A DNA stretch of 64,000 bases from NCBI RefSeq assembly GCF_009914755.1, contig NC_060931.1, one strand, 5' to 3'. How positions within the stretch are numbered: the first letter of the stretch is position 1; every line of letters begins with the position of its first letter. Source of the DNA: the human T2T-CHM13v2.0 reference genome, Homo sapiens. The notes under the pieces were generated by a model. That model made no database searches and was not told the DNA's origin. It saw only the letters and a list, made by a program, of their open reading frames with translations. Both the position numbers and the translations under genes were made by a program. This document shows, piece after piece, positions 25,867-39,690 of the stretch.

Positions 25867-27511
25867 AGTAGGTGTTTAGACGATAATAAAATTTGAACAA
25901 AAAGTTCAAATTACAGTGGAAGACTGCCTTTGAATATAAGTTACTTTTTTTCTGTGTTAGTCTGTGAAATAAGTAAGTATTGAAACCTTCCCTGATAGAT
26001 CTCCAAATAATTTCCCATTCTGGTTGGTTGGACATGTGCTTAGCAAGAGTGCATGCACCTCCAGTTCCTCCAAGTAGGGGAAAACAGAATGGGGAGACAA
26101 GGGAGATTGAGCCGTTTTTCAAGTATCTCACTCAGGAGGCTGGCTGCCAATCAAGGACACCCCAGAAGGAAGACAGTGAAGGGCACATCACTGGTGAGGA
26201 GGACTAAGATGGATCGCAGATGGCAGCCTGGAACCAGGCCTCCCATATCAGGGAGCTGTGCAGTGGGGGTGCTCACAGCCTCACTCAAAGAAAGCAGACA
26301 TAGGCCCCCAAAGATATTCACCTTGTGGACCAGAATCTTCCTGTTCTGGTTTCATGTTCTTAAATGATCATAATTACTATAACAATTATTTTGAGTTTTT
26401 AATTTTTGATCTTTTTTGTTTTAACACAGTAAGTAATCTCAACATTTTTTGCCATATTCATGAAGCAGGAAATGTACTTTAATTCCTTATTTATAAAAAT
26501 GTTATGGACCTTATAATCAGAAGAGACTCAGATGGTCTTATTTAGTAAGATTTGAAAGGATAGATTCCGGGGTTTCTAGAATTTAAATAATAACTTCTGT
26601 TGTTACTTCTGTAGTTTCCAGAGTTTTATTGTTTGGTTCCAAAAAATAAGGAGAACTTGACTTAGCATAGAAAACATAACCTTTCATGTCAGCTCTACTT
26701 TAATAAATGCAAGCACAATTTTGTTCAGCTACCTAGAAAAATAATGATATTAGGTAATCTACAATCTTTTAGCTTTTACATGAACCTAAGAATTAAAGCT
26801 GGGTCTTTAACTTGAGTTTGGTAGATTTAAAGTAATTACGTTTTTGCTGTCTACGAAAGTTGTTTAGTTAAAGATATTGTAAATGAACTATAATTATGTA
26901 GATTTACGTCTGCTTTTAAAACACTTGTGCTCTTTCACTGATTTGAACCTTCGTATATGCTTTCATATTTATTTTGCCAAAGAAACTATAGATAATTTGA
27001 TTCCATAGCAGGATGTTGAGGAAGACTTTTTCTCTTGCCTTGGAATCACTGCTATTGGTCCTTGGGAGAACACAATGATGTCTAAGAATTCCATGTTTTA
27101 TAGCAAACCACCAACCATAGTAAAAGGTAGCACCTTTTCCAGGTCTTACTAAAAGAACAGATCCTACTACTGTCAACTTTTACCCCAGCATCCCTCACAC
27201 CTCTCCCTAGGCCTTATGAGAAGAGTCGTGGACAAAGGAGACGAGGAGAGTCATCAAGGACAGCTGCTTCACACAATGCTTTGGTAAAGGGTCTTGTCCC
27301 CAGTTTCCCACTTCAGCTTCAACAAGGCCATGCAGATATGAAATTGGAGCATGAGCATGAGAATCATTCAGAAAGATCTAAAATATCTGCAACAAGTGGA
27401 AATTGACATCTATAGGGAGATTCAAATCTAAGATTTTGTTGAAAGTTAATCTGAAGTACATGTAACACTTAACAGTGATTTCTGCACCCGGCCGAATTCT
27501 GGGTTCTATTC

Positions 27512-27514
<3 letters not shown>

Positions 27515-27562
<48 letters not shown>
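27515..27562. repeat. (AC)24 microsatellite
   Basis: perfect run; lies within local duplication 2, copy B. Confidence 0.97.
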
Positions 27563-27565
<3 letters not shown>

Positions 27566-30500
27566 TGGTGGGCATCTGTGCTTTAAAGGTGAAAGAAAAA
27601 GAAGGGTCTGTGATATAAATTCAAATTTAGACCTGCTGTAAAAATACAGTATCTTTTCTGTATGGTTGGGCCGCAAGTAAATCTGGAAGCATTTTTTTGA
27701 TAGATCACCTGGTCATTTTACCACTTGCTCTTTCTTTTACAGTTTTGCTCAATCACCCTGTTGGTATCCCTTTCCTGGGTTTTTGGCATAATTTACAAGA
27801 GGCACTGATGATAGTGAGTACAAGTAGGTTTATTTCTATTTCAACTGCCTCCACTAAACAAAGGGCAAAAAAACCTTGACTGCATGAGAGATTGCTTCTC
27901 AAATAAAAGCTGTGGTTTTCTGTGTATATGGTAATACTCTTACCTTCCCTGTAATGTTTCAGTGGTACTTTTTTTCTAGGAAACTGGAGAACTTAATTTT
28001 ATACAGGAATCTCTGGTCTTAGAACTTAGCCTAGTGGTAACAGTTTTAAAAGGTCTCTACCTCCATTTAAAGGAAGCAATTATTCCAAAAGCACAGGATC
28101 TCTGGTTGACTAAAGACTGTATCAAGGATGAAAGATTATGTCTGGAATATTTCCTGCCTTATGAACTTTTGTGTTCAAAATATAAATTTTAGATTTAAGG
28201 AGGCATGTGGGTGTGTATTGCTCACTCTCTGATATACAACATGGTTATTTTATGTTTGGTAGTAGTAGTTAAAATAAAACTATATTAATTGCCTTCTTAC
28301 TAATGTACTAAAGGCTAAATGAAAGAAATTTTTCATCAAATGTTATAAATTTTGTTTGATTGTATCAATTTGAGATACGGTTCAGTATTTTAGAACCAAT
28401 GTCTTAAGGTAGGCTTCCATAGTTCCAATTAAGCTTCATAAGAAATATAATTAAGTTGAAGCTTGGCATTGTTTGGTAGGTGTCTGGCTGGCACCACGTT
28501 TTCCAAAAATAAGATTTGTTTGAAGGGGCTTGGGTTTTTCCCTTAATTTCAAGGTTATGTCTTGGATGGGGCTTGGGAAAGGGCAGTGGGTTCTGACTAC
28601 ACGTCAAAGATGTTAAAGACATTCACTGGCTTGACATCATGTGGACAGTGGCTTGCTTATTCTTCGTTTCCTAGTATCAATTAAAATAATAAATGGTCAG
28701 GTTTTGCTCACACTATTTTTAAAATGAAGTTTATGATCCATAATTTTGTGAAATAAACTTGAGTTGTATTCAGTACACATATGGAATAGTAAGTTATTAC
28801 ATTTTAAAGATGACAGTGATGTAATGGTATACTTATATATTATATTTGCAGATAGATTTTTCACAGAACAAGATTCCTCGGTTTTAATTCTACAATGTGA
28901 TATTGGAATTAAAAACAAGTCTCTTATGTGTGAATATTTTATCTCTATTTGTTATTATCAAAATAAACACTATTCATAGAGTTCAATTTCATCAATAATT
29001 AATAATGTGACTAATGCATGATAAAAAAGAATAAGTTAAATTATGTTTTTTGCTTACAAATATCACATTAATTGAATAACTGGAGTAATATTATGCTGCT
29101 TTTATTAAATATGTAGTGACAAGTCTAGAAAATAAACTGATTGGCACATTTGTTAAAATCCATGTTAGTTTTCCTGAAGAACTACACACCCTAATAAATA
29201 ACTTACTTATGTTCAAAATGAATTAAATGTGGCAAATAATTCCAAGACATTTATTTTACCTAATTATATGTGGTTGAACAACTAGGAACAAATATTTTAC
29301 AAGTGAAAACCATAAGACACATTTTTTTAGGACATATGTATATACTAATGCTTTTTACCATTTATTATTTGCTGATAGTCCAGGACCATATATTAAAGAG
29401 TGATTTCAGTATCCATCTAAATTTTCATATGGTTTCATTTAATCATAGGATTAAGAGAATATTTTAAATGATTAGAAAATATCCTCAATTTTTTCAAGGT
29501 TTAGAGTATTTATATTTATACGTTAAAATCTTTGGAAAGGCCTAAACTCAGGGTGTTTTGAAATTATGTAAATTAATATATTTAGGATCTAATTTATTTT
29601 ATATCTACATTAGCTTTTCAATGTATAAGTTTCACAAATAAATAAACTTCACAAATAAAATTAATAAAAGCTAATTAAAAATATCAAACACCTTTCTTTT
29701 TCAAATGTGTAATTTAATGAGATTCTGAATTACCTTGATTATTTCTAAAAGTTACTATTTTTTCAAATGAAAATAAAACTTAGCCACCATTTGAAGGCTA
29801 TATGCTCTTAGCTTAAACTGATACACTTGCAAATATAGCTATCCAACTGCAAAATAATAATCAAATTTAGATATTCAGACTCTGAGTAGAGAATGGAAGA
29901 AGTTGTTTGGCTGATGTGAAAATTGAACCAATGATTTTAATTTTGAACATACTAAGCTCTAACCAAATGTGTCAAGTGTTGCCAAATAAATATAGAGGAA
30001 GAGGATACCATGTTTTATATTAAGAAGGGTTAATCATTTGTCTGTAGAATAATTTCTCTTCAAGGTGCCAGTGAAATGTATTAGTGATGGTTAGTTAACT
30101 ATAACCTGACCACATAGTTACCTTATATGGTCAGGTTATACAACAGGTCACCTGTTGTCAACTCCATATCTTTCTAGTTCCACCACTCCTGTAGCAGCTA
30201 TATGCATTGTAAGTAGCAGATTTTATAAAATGTGTAGATCAATCCCTTTGGAAAAGAATATCAACTATACATCATCTGTATTTCTTAATTTTATCCTATT
30301 TTTTCTCTTTCTTTTAAGAATACTAATGTATCCAACTTTTATATTCCTTTTTGTTTGTGTTATATTTTAGTTTCTGCATAAGATTTGTTTTTTACCTAGC
30401 CTTTCTAATGGGGTTTCAGATGTTCATACTCCAGTCTTACAGGTCCTCTCCTCTAGAATGGTATCTTTTACGTCTGTAATGTTCTCTTTATTTCCATTAC

Positions 30501-31059
30501 CCTTTAATTACAAGTAACCATACTTCAAGTAAGCAGCTTTTAAAAATTAAAAACTTGAATAAATTGCTATTCAAAATGGGTTATTGAATAATTTTAATCT
30601 AAAAATGTTTTCAATAAGTACATTTCAGGCTAGAATAACATTACTAATGACACTTTATTAATAGTGCTACTCATCTTTCTGGGATAAATGTGAGATACTC
30701 TTGGATAAGGAATGGGAAAGTCCAAATATAGTTTTGTATATGGAAATATATATAAAATATATAGTGTGGAATTTTTTATTGAATATTCATTGGTGCCTGA
30801 ATATCTCATGGGAATTCATTTAGGATTTGCAGAATATTTAGCAGACATGTTAGACTTTAGTATTGTCACATTTTGGATTATTTCTGATTATTCGATGTAT
30901 TAGATATATGTGCTAATGTAATTTTGGAATCAATTTGCTTGCTCTCTTCTACCTTCAAATTAAACTTAAAATTAGAGTATAATGGCACAACACAATACAT
31001 GCCTTAAAAAACTGGAGGACAAAGTTATTTTTAGCCTAGAATTGTGAAGATAGAACAAG

Positions 31060-31870
31060 ACAATCTAAAAACTTTTATCTTGTGACTCTTTTTTCAGAAG
31101 CTGCTGGAGTATATGCTCCAGTGCTCACCAAAATAAGGGAATAAACCAATAAAGGGGATTCATGGGATTCAGGAAACCAGAGTTGCAGCCAGTGAAACAG
31201 CAATCAGAATGACCTGAGCACACAAGCTAGGCAGAGCCTGCTGCCCTCAGTCCAACTGGAACGAGTTCCAGTCCAACTGGAATGAGAGGATTTCGGGGAG
31301 GAAAGTGGAAATTCTATATTACTTATTCATTGACTGCATCAGACAATATATTAATCCATATGTGTTTTGAAAATCTAGAAGTGTTTTACAGATTTGGAGA
31401 AAATTAGCAATTGGTCCTGAGAAAATAATCAAATTTAAAAGACCTTAATTAACTGCAAGAAAAAGTCGAGTAGAAAGTATAATCATAATACACTACTTTG
31501 CTCAACAGTCATGAATATTTACATAATGATAACGTTGAATACCTCTAAAATATGATATTTATACTCTAGGTTTGGAGAGAATAGAACTATTTAAGTTAGC
31601 ATAAATACTTATACATGAAAGTAAAAAGGTAATATATAGTATCTAAAATTTAGAAGTCAAGAATTACAATAAGAGTATGTTATCTGAAAATATGGAGTTA
31701 AATTACAGAAGAGATAGCTGAAAGAATTGAAAATGTGACCTGTGGGACACTGGACTGGAGAGGTGGAGTGAAATGAAGCAGGGTACAGCTGCTTTCCATT
31801 ATGAGTCTGGCAGTAGTCCTTGAAGTTTTAAACTACATGCATGTCTAACAAAAAAGTAAATATTTTTAAA
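31060..31870 (+). mobile_element. old L1M-type fragment
   Basis: 'catgggattcaggaaaccag...cagtccaactgga' and A-rich 3' sequence resemble old L1M/HAL1 remnants. Confidence 0.4.
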
Positions 31871-31949
31871 AGGGCAAAAAATACTGTGATAACTCTTGAC
31901 AGTTTGCAATGTAGAAAAGAATGGAAGAGGCTGTCTTCATCTTTTGAAG

Positions 31950-32515
31950 CTCATTTCCTGGTAATCTCCCCTGCCTGCTCTCAGCTTCAGCCATTCTGGC
32001 CTTTTTGCTGTTTTTCCAACACGTGGGGCTTGGTCTTGTCTTAGGAACTCTGCGCCTGTGCCAGCACTGCTCTTCCCTCAGGTGTCTGCAGACTTCTTCG
32101 CTGATCTCTTTCAAGGCTTTGCTTGAATGTCACTTCTCAGCAAGGTTCCCCTTGACCACTCAGTCTAAAATTGCACCTGCTCATGCATCTGCCTTATTCC
32201 GCTCTAATGCTTTTCTCCATAGTGTTTATCACCTTCTTAAATACTGCATGATTAAGTCATTTATTATGGTTTTTGTTAACTTTCTATCTCCCCTTGCTAC
32301 AATGTGAACTACACAAGGACAACATGTTTGTGGTTTGGATGGCTGGGGGGTCCACCAGTGCATCTCAAGTGCCTATATATATATATGAAACATATATATG
32401 GAACACTTTTTATTTTAATGAGCTATTCAGTATTTCAGTAAGCTATTAAATGGTGCTTGGCATACAGTATGTAATCAGTATATATTAGTTGAAGGTATCA
32501 ATTAACTAAATGAAG
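31950..32515 (+). mobile_element. L2 3' end interrupted by a ~73-bp non-L2 insert
   Basis: 'tgcttgaatgtcacttctcagcaaggttccccttgaccactcagtctaaaattgca', then 'gtgcct|insert|aaatggtgcttggcatacagtatgtaatcagtatatattagttgaa'. Confidence 0.75.
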
Positions 32516-34259
32516 AAAGAAAAGACTAAAAAAGGAAGGGAAGAAAAAAGAGAAGGTGGGACAAAACAAGGGACACAAGTTAGGAGGCAAATGCATTATT
32601 TCATAAGATGGTGGTGGTTTGAGTTTGGGTAGAGGCACGATAAATGGAGAGAAGTGAATGAATTTGAAATAGGCTTGAACATAAATTTGGCATTATAATG
32701 AAAAATATGATTATTTCTAAAACCAATGTTTCATCTGTTTTATAAGCAGGAAATACCTGAAAATAAGGAATGTCAAGATTCTAGTATATGTTATTAGAAG
32801 TGAATGGCATTCATAGTCATGGAAAATAAAGTTAAATTATTAAATGCTATTTAAAGCCACAGAAGTTCTAGACATCGAATAAAAATAAGAATGATACAAT
32901 AACTTAGCTAATGACAACAATAAAAGCTTTTGTAGAGTTTTCCTACAAGTTTTACAGTTTAGCTTGCCTGTAAGTTACAAATACGAGGATTTTTGTGCTT
33001 TGAACTATAAAAGCTCATACCTAAGAGTAATGAAAGGTTTAATATTGTACTTATTTAATAGTGCTTTCTTCTATTAAAAACATAGTATTCTATTCTTATT
33101 TATAATTTTATGGAAACCAATTTCACTAACATTTATAAAGTTTGATTTGAAAATAAATTATATTTCTTAATAATTATATGCACAGTTATGACCTGCATGG
33201 ATTTAAGCTTTCGCATAATTTAAAAATCCATATCTTCATTTTGACTGTATATTTGAAAATACTGATGACAGAGTAATCTGATTGCACTGTAACTGGCCAT
33301 TTTTGTGAAATAAAGTCCTTTTTTCTTGTCTCAGTAGTCATAACTAGTTACGTGTATATTGTGGTTTTCTTCCATATAAATGTTTCTAGATTGCGTACAT
33401 TTAAAATAACTTTTCATGTCTAATTCTGATGCACATCTTTAGCAAATATGAACAGCAACCTTGCCACTGTCTCTGATTCTTAACTTCTTCCTTCTCTTAT
33501 CCTTTCCTTATCTTATCTTCTTTCCTTTTCTTATCCTTTCAGAGCCTCTTCCTTTTCTGAAACTTAGATGGGAGATAGGAAGGTATGGTTGTAAAAGCAT
33601 TACATCTGTCATATGATCTATCACATATCATATAAGAAAATGCATTATATTTTGGAAACTTTTTAATTTTATACACATATATATGAAATATGTTCATATG
33701 AAATACATTTCACTTTATTAAGCTATTCAATATCTCAATAAGCTATTCAATATTACAGGCACCTAGATAACTAAAGGTCAGTCATTACATTTATTTCAGT
33801 GTAAGAACTTAACGGGGAAAAATTTAAGTTCTGTTAATGAGTTTCTAATAAAAGTAGACCTGTTTTGAAAACAGAAGTGTCTGTTTCCTTGTTATATTTG
33901 AAATAAAAAATTATGATGAAGCATTTTCCAGTGTATGAAACTAAGATTCTTTTATCCATAAGGGACTAATGTGTAGTTGAAGATGTCCGTAATTGAACAG
34001 CAGGAAGTATTAGATAAATTCAAGAAAGCCCAGTAAATCCTAGAGGGAATTAGAAATAAAGTTCATATATTTATTGTTAACTGCAACCATTTTATATGAA
34101 AATTATAACAAGGCAAAGCTTACATTTCATTATCAATATAGTGTCCCTATCCACTGTTCTTTGATAGCAGTCAAGTATGGGAAACAATATAAGAGATGGT
34201 TATGAAGTTGATAACGTGTTTAGCACTGCTTTGTACTCATTCTGTATCCAGGAATCTCT

Positions 34260-35170
34260 TTTTATTCATTGTGTTAAATATTCATGAGCACTTATTCTGT
34301 GTCTGATACTATGATGTAGAGGATCGAAGAGTGTACTAGTTTCTGCTCTTAAAGTAATCCATAGGCAGAAGAGAGACATACAGGTGTATGTTCATTGAAA
34401 TATGACAGCTACCATTTGAAAAATGTATGGAAATATAGATGCTTAGTGCATTTGGTAAAGAAGCGGGTGAGACTAAGGGAAGGGGAATTTTTAGGGTAGC
34501 AGTGCTTAAGTATGTTACAGGGGCTTAAAAGAACAGTTCAGTGAAGGAGAGATTGAAGTCCAGAAAATCCTGGAGAAGGTAGGAGGATGGGAAAAGAGTG
34601 GTGGCATCTGTCTCTATGAGATACAATGAGAAAGACGATGATGAAAATAGAACTTAGTTAAAAGGTGAAGAGGAGGGAACTTGCAAAATTTCCCGTTTTC
34701 TGTTTTCTTGGTGAGAACAGAATGTTCAGTCTGCTCCTGATCATAAAAGGAAGGATTTAGCAGTCACTGATCTGAAAAAGGTTGGGGAACAGAGACGGGT
34801 AAATGAATTATGGGTGTCAGGGAACATTCCTCTAAGATTATAAATCCTAAATTTGTCATTTATTCATGTAATGAATATTTACAGAGCACGTTTGCCTAGG
34901 TTAGGTGTTGAATATGCAGCAGGGAGCAAGATAGGCACATTTTGAATTCTTAAGCAGTTCATGCCTTCATGACACAGTAAACAAATATTAAAAAATTATT
35001 ACTCAATTATAATTGTGAGAAAGACCGTAAAAGTTAAAGAAATGGTATTAAGATACCATATGATGCATGAGAAGGCTTGGGATTGGGTGAGGAGGCAGAG
35101 AAAGGAGAAAGTAGAGATACCCAGTTGGAGAAATGGCTGAGCAAAGGCCCTGAGACCAGGTGCTTGAGGG
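34260..35170 (-). mobile_element. L2 fragments
   Basis: 'attcattgtgttaaatattcatgagcacttattctgtgtctg', 'tcatttattcatgtaatgaatatttacagagcac', 'gcaaaggccctgagaccagg'. Confidence 0.55.
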
Positions 35171-35904
35171 AGGCAAGGCTTCCCACTCAGTGTGCTCTGG
35201 TGCCACTCGTGAATTACACGTGTGTCAAATATTCATCCGCTCAGCTCTTATGTGTTATTCCAAGGCACAAAGAACATTATCACTTTCTAACTGAGCCATA
35301 ATATGAAATAGTTTGAGAAGCTTTGCATTAGGGGAAGTGACCTCAGAAAGTTTTCATCTGTAGCACCAGCAAGGTGCATGGAATAAATAAAATATCTGGA
35401 TGTTTTATTAATTTGGCCCTTCTTGTGTGTTTATAGTCATTGAATTAATTGGTTTATTCAGCAAATAGGTAGTTGATAAAATGACACTGCATTTAACCTG
35501 GCTAGTTTTATAAATATTACAAATTGACACAGAGACGGTCCACAATATGGAAGTTTATCTTGGGGTTTTTTATGAAAAGATTTAAAAAATTATCTTACCT
35601 TAGCAGGTATGGGGGAAAGTTTTCTCTCATTTCTTTTCCATTGAGTATTGTCAGTAAAATAGAATAAGATTGAGTGAAATTTCAAATTATTTAATGTTCA
35701 ACCAAAAGAATTCTCAACTTATTCACACATATATATTAAGTAAAGAATTCAGAAAATCATTAATAAAGTTCAGACAAAAACCGTCTAACCTAATTCCCGG
35801 GAAAAAAACTGGAACTCTGCCTAGAATTATCCAGCTACACAGTCTGTATTCATTTTTTAATTGCATACCTTATCCTTTTTATCTCTGTGTATAGCACCTA
35901 TTTA

Positions 35905-36123
<219 letters not shown>

Positions 36124-37882
36124 TTACCACTGTCTTAAATCACTGGTTTATGATTACTTGATATTTTCTGGATTTTTAAAACATTACTTCTTTTTTTAAG
36201 TGGTGTAGAAGTAACGTTTTAGCATACTATAAATTTCTGGTAATAATTTGTATTACAAAGGTGCATATTGTTTAAGGTCCCAAGTAAGCTTTATGTATAG
36301 AAAAGGTTCCTCTGCTCTTTCTTTTTGTCCTCAAACGTAAACTTCTGGAGACCTGGAGAGAATGAAAGGCGTCCGAGTGTGTGTCCATGGCAATCCGCTA
36401 GCTGTGTGGAGGAAGTTACAGTGGCATTAAGCCATGAAAAGGATCAATTGTTTTTGTGAAAAATCCTTGGGACGTGCCTTGAATTTAAAGAATCAAGTTC
36501 ATTAAAATCATAAATCATCTATTAATCTTATTTTGTTGAAATATCCTTGGTGGTCCATGGTATTTTAAAGACCAAAATTGTAAAAAATGTAGTTAAAGTA
36601 ACAACATAATGGGATTGTTGAGGACCGTGAAATAATATCCTCAATGCCTTTTCTTCTTGAGGGTTTTTACTGGATACTTGCTCTACCTATACCTCTCCTA
36701 ACTACAGAACTGAACATGATGTGAGATGTGTAACTTTCATTTATTCACTCATGTGCCAGGCACCATGCTGACATTACATGTGAAAAGTTTCCAAGGTTTT
36801 CTTGTTACGTCTACAATTACTGCTAAGTTTCCCGTAAGTAATTTGGGGGACTGGAAACGAGGGCAAAATTACATGAAGGGCTTAGAAAACTGCATCAATT
36901 CTTTTTGGATGTGTCAGGGAGATGGGGGTAGTCTTTCTCCCTGCTAATCAAGACCCACTAGAGCACCGCCGTATACTGCACACATACTTCTGAATGACAG
37001 GAGCTTTGTGTGAGATGAGAAAGCTGTGTCAGGCTGATGGTATTATCATGATTCCTTGGAATGGATCACCATCCCAAATCACCAGACACTCCCTGATCAG
37101 GAGGGAACAGCACATTCTCCAGCTACTGTATTATTTGGGAGGTTCAGGTAGGAAGTGAGTGCATAGCCTCAAGGGGTCTGGTGGAGGTCCTCTTGGGAAA
37201 TGCAGAACTTCTTTGCCTACTAATGCCCCTTGCTCTGAGACCGGAGAGGCTTCTGGGAATTTTATCCTCACAAGAAACATTCATTTCATTTAAATAGTAT
37301 GTGAAGCAAGACATTTAAGTTAGTTAGAAGTGCATATCATTTAAAATGGCAGGAGATGACAGTTTCTGCAAGCCATTTCTGAAGTTAAAAAACAAGGTAG
37401 TTTAAAATAAATTGTATTTCAGCAGTCACTATTTTCTTAATTTGCCAATGAACTTGAATGACATATTAAAGAACTTTAGGCATTATACTCTGGTTTGTGA
37501 TCCGCTTGAACACAAAATGCATATTATGTGATCTTATTTCCAAGGTTAAATCAGTGTATCCTTGGCTAGATCTATAATAGCTTATCAGATAAACATCTTC
37601 TGTCAAAATAATATTTGCCATTAATGAAATTAATGGCAGAAGTATAAACTTCAGAAAGATATGATCACTTAGATGCTAAAAAATCTATTAAGGAAAACAG
37701 GTTACATTTCAATATCTTTGTCTTTGTGTTCTATGATATGTAAATTCCAAGGTGTAAATCCTTTCATAAAAACATTTTTTTCTTTTTCCTAGACTTAGAG
37801 AGAAACATTGACTTGCCCACAGAGCTAGCTCCTTTGATGTGCAATAATGCTACCTGTGGTCTGTTTTAAGATGCTCTTTTTT

Positions 37883-38191
<309 letters not shown>

Positions 38192-39519
38192 TTAACCGTT
38201 ACCATTATCACATTAGACAGTGCAGGAGTATGTTAATTATCTCTAGGTGTCCCAGTGGCCTAGTAAGTCCAGGGCAAAATGCCAGCAGAGTCCTGGCCAA
38301 AAACACTACATTAACTTGTTCAGTCTCTTGACATCCTCACAAACAGAACAGTAAACCTGGAGAGAAAACATGTTTGTTCCAAATGAGTTAACTATTCCAA
38401 AATAAATAATATCTAACCCCTGGCCAAGAATTTGTAATTGTGTATAAAAAGTAACTAATGGGATGTATTCTCCAAGACTATTAATTATGTACTGAACAGG
38501 AATGCTTTTTAAATGTTGTTCCTCTGAGTGCAATAAACCTGTGTAATCTAGGCTACCTAATGAGCATCTTTGAGCATCTGCCACTGCAGAGTGCATTCAA
38601 ATTTCAGGCAAAATTTGGGAAATGCTGTTGCAGCAGTGGCCCAGTAAGACCCAGTGCTGTCATTGGTCAAGATAGGTCACCAATTACAAGACTTGAAGAT
38701 AAGCATGTTGTGATTGGTGGTTGAAGTGAATCCCCTCTCCTTAAGGCCTCACTTTGGGGATTCACAGAATGGGCATTGTGGAGGCCCCAAGTTCCATGGA
38801 GAATGCAACTATTAAATTGAGAAAGAAAAGAAAGTACAAGTGAGATGTTAGGCAAAGAGTAGAGGCATGAGATGGGGACTAAAAGTATCCAGCAGAGGAA
38901 TGTGAAGCCACTAAAATGATTCTGCTAGCCAGCTAGACCGTACTTAAGCTGTACTAATTGAGACAATAGGATTTGCACAGTTTCCGCTCACTTCAAATAA
39001 ACTGTACAATACAAGGAAATAAAATGATAACTAGTAATTATCACTTCATAGTCTACTGGCAATGAAAGATTTTTATGTACCGATAAAGCAGTAGATGTAA
39101 TCTTTTTTGTACAGTTATGAGCAAAATCAGTGATGAATATAGCTAGGTGCTCGTTAACAATGAAAAGCCTACTAATTAGAGATGTCATCAAAGTGTTTAA
39201 TTTTTTTAAATTGCTAGTGGGGAAATGGTTCACCCTTGAATATCAGGATTTGTATTTTCAATGTGCAGTGAGTGTCCATACTTACCCTTAAAACTAAAGA
39301 GCACTTCAGACTAAGAATCAGATAGCATCAGAAAACAAGTGAATAATTTATGACCAAAAAAACATGCAGGGCACATTAGATAAATGTCACATTGCTGTTG
39401 CATTTAAAACGAAATTGCTTCACTATTGAAAGAAAAAACCCAAATGCCTGAAAAATAAAATTCAGGAAATGATAATTGTCGTTATAAGCACATTTTTTAC
39501 AAAGAGTTCAAAATGGTTT

Positions 39520-39690
39520 TACACATGCCCTATCTCTTGTTACGGTATTATTGTAAGTAAACAGGAGTTTACTTACAGTAAAAATATATATCCCTATTTT
39601 TAAATTGTGGAAATACAAGCAAAGAGATGTGACTTGTCCAAGGTCATCACTTAAAGGCAGAATGTAAGATTCCGATCTTAAAAATAAAGT
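39520..39690 (-). mobile_element. MIR
   Basis: 'tccctatttttaaattgtggaaatacaagcaaagagatgtgacttgtccaaggtcatc'. Confidence 0.6.

Noticed and set aside
27009-27126. Possible + strand exon (QDVEEDFFSCLG...)
   Set aside because: Weak pyrimidine tract, poor donor (GTAGCA), peptide not recognised
36955-36972. CTCF-like ccactagagcaccgcc
   Set aside because: Lacks the GGC core at key positions
37793-37869. Strong acceptor tttttttctttttcctag followed by a short open frame
   Set aside because: No good donor nearby; such acceptors are common in T-rich introns
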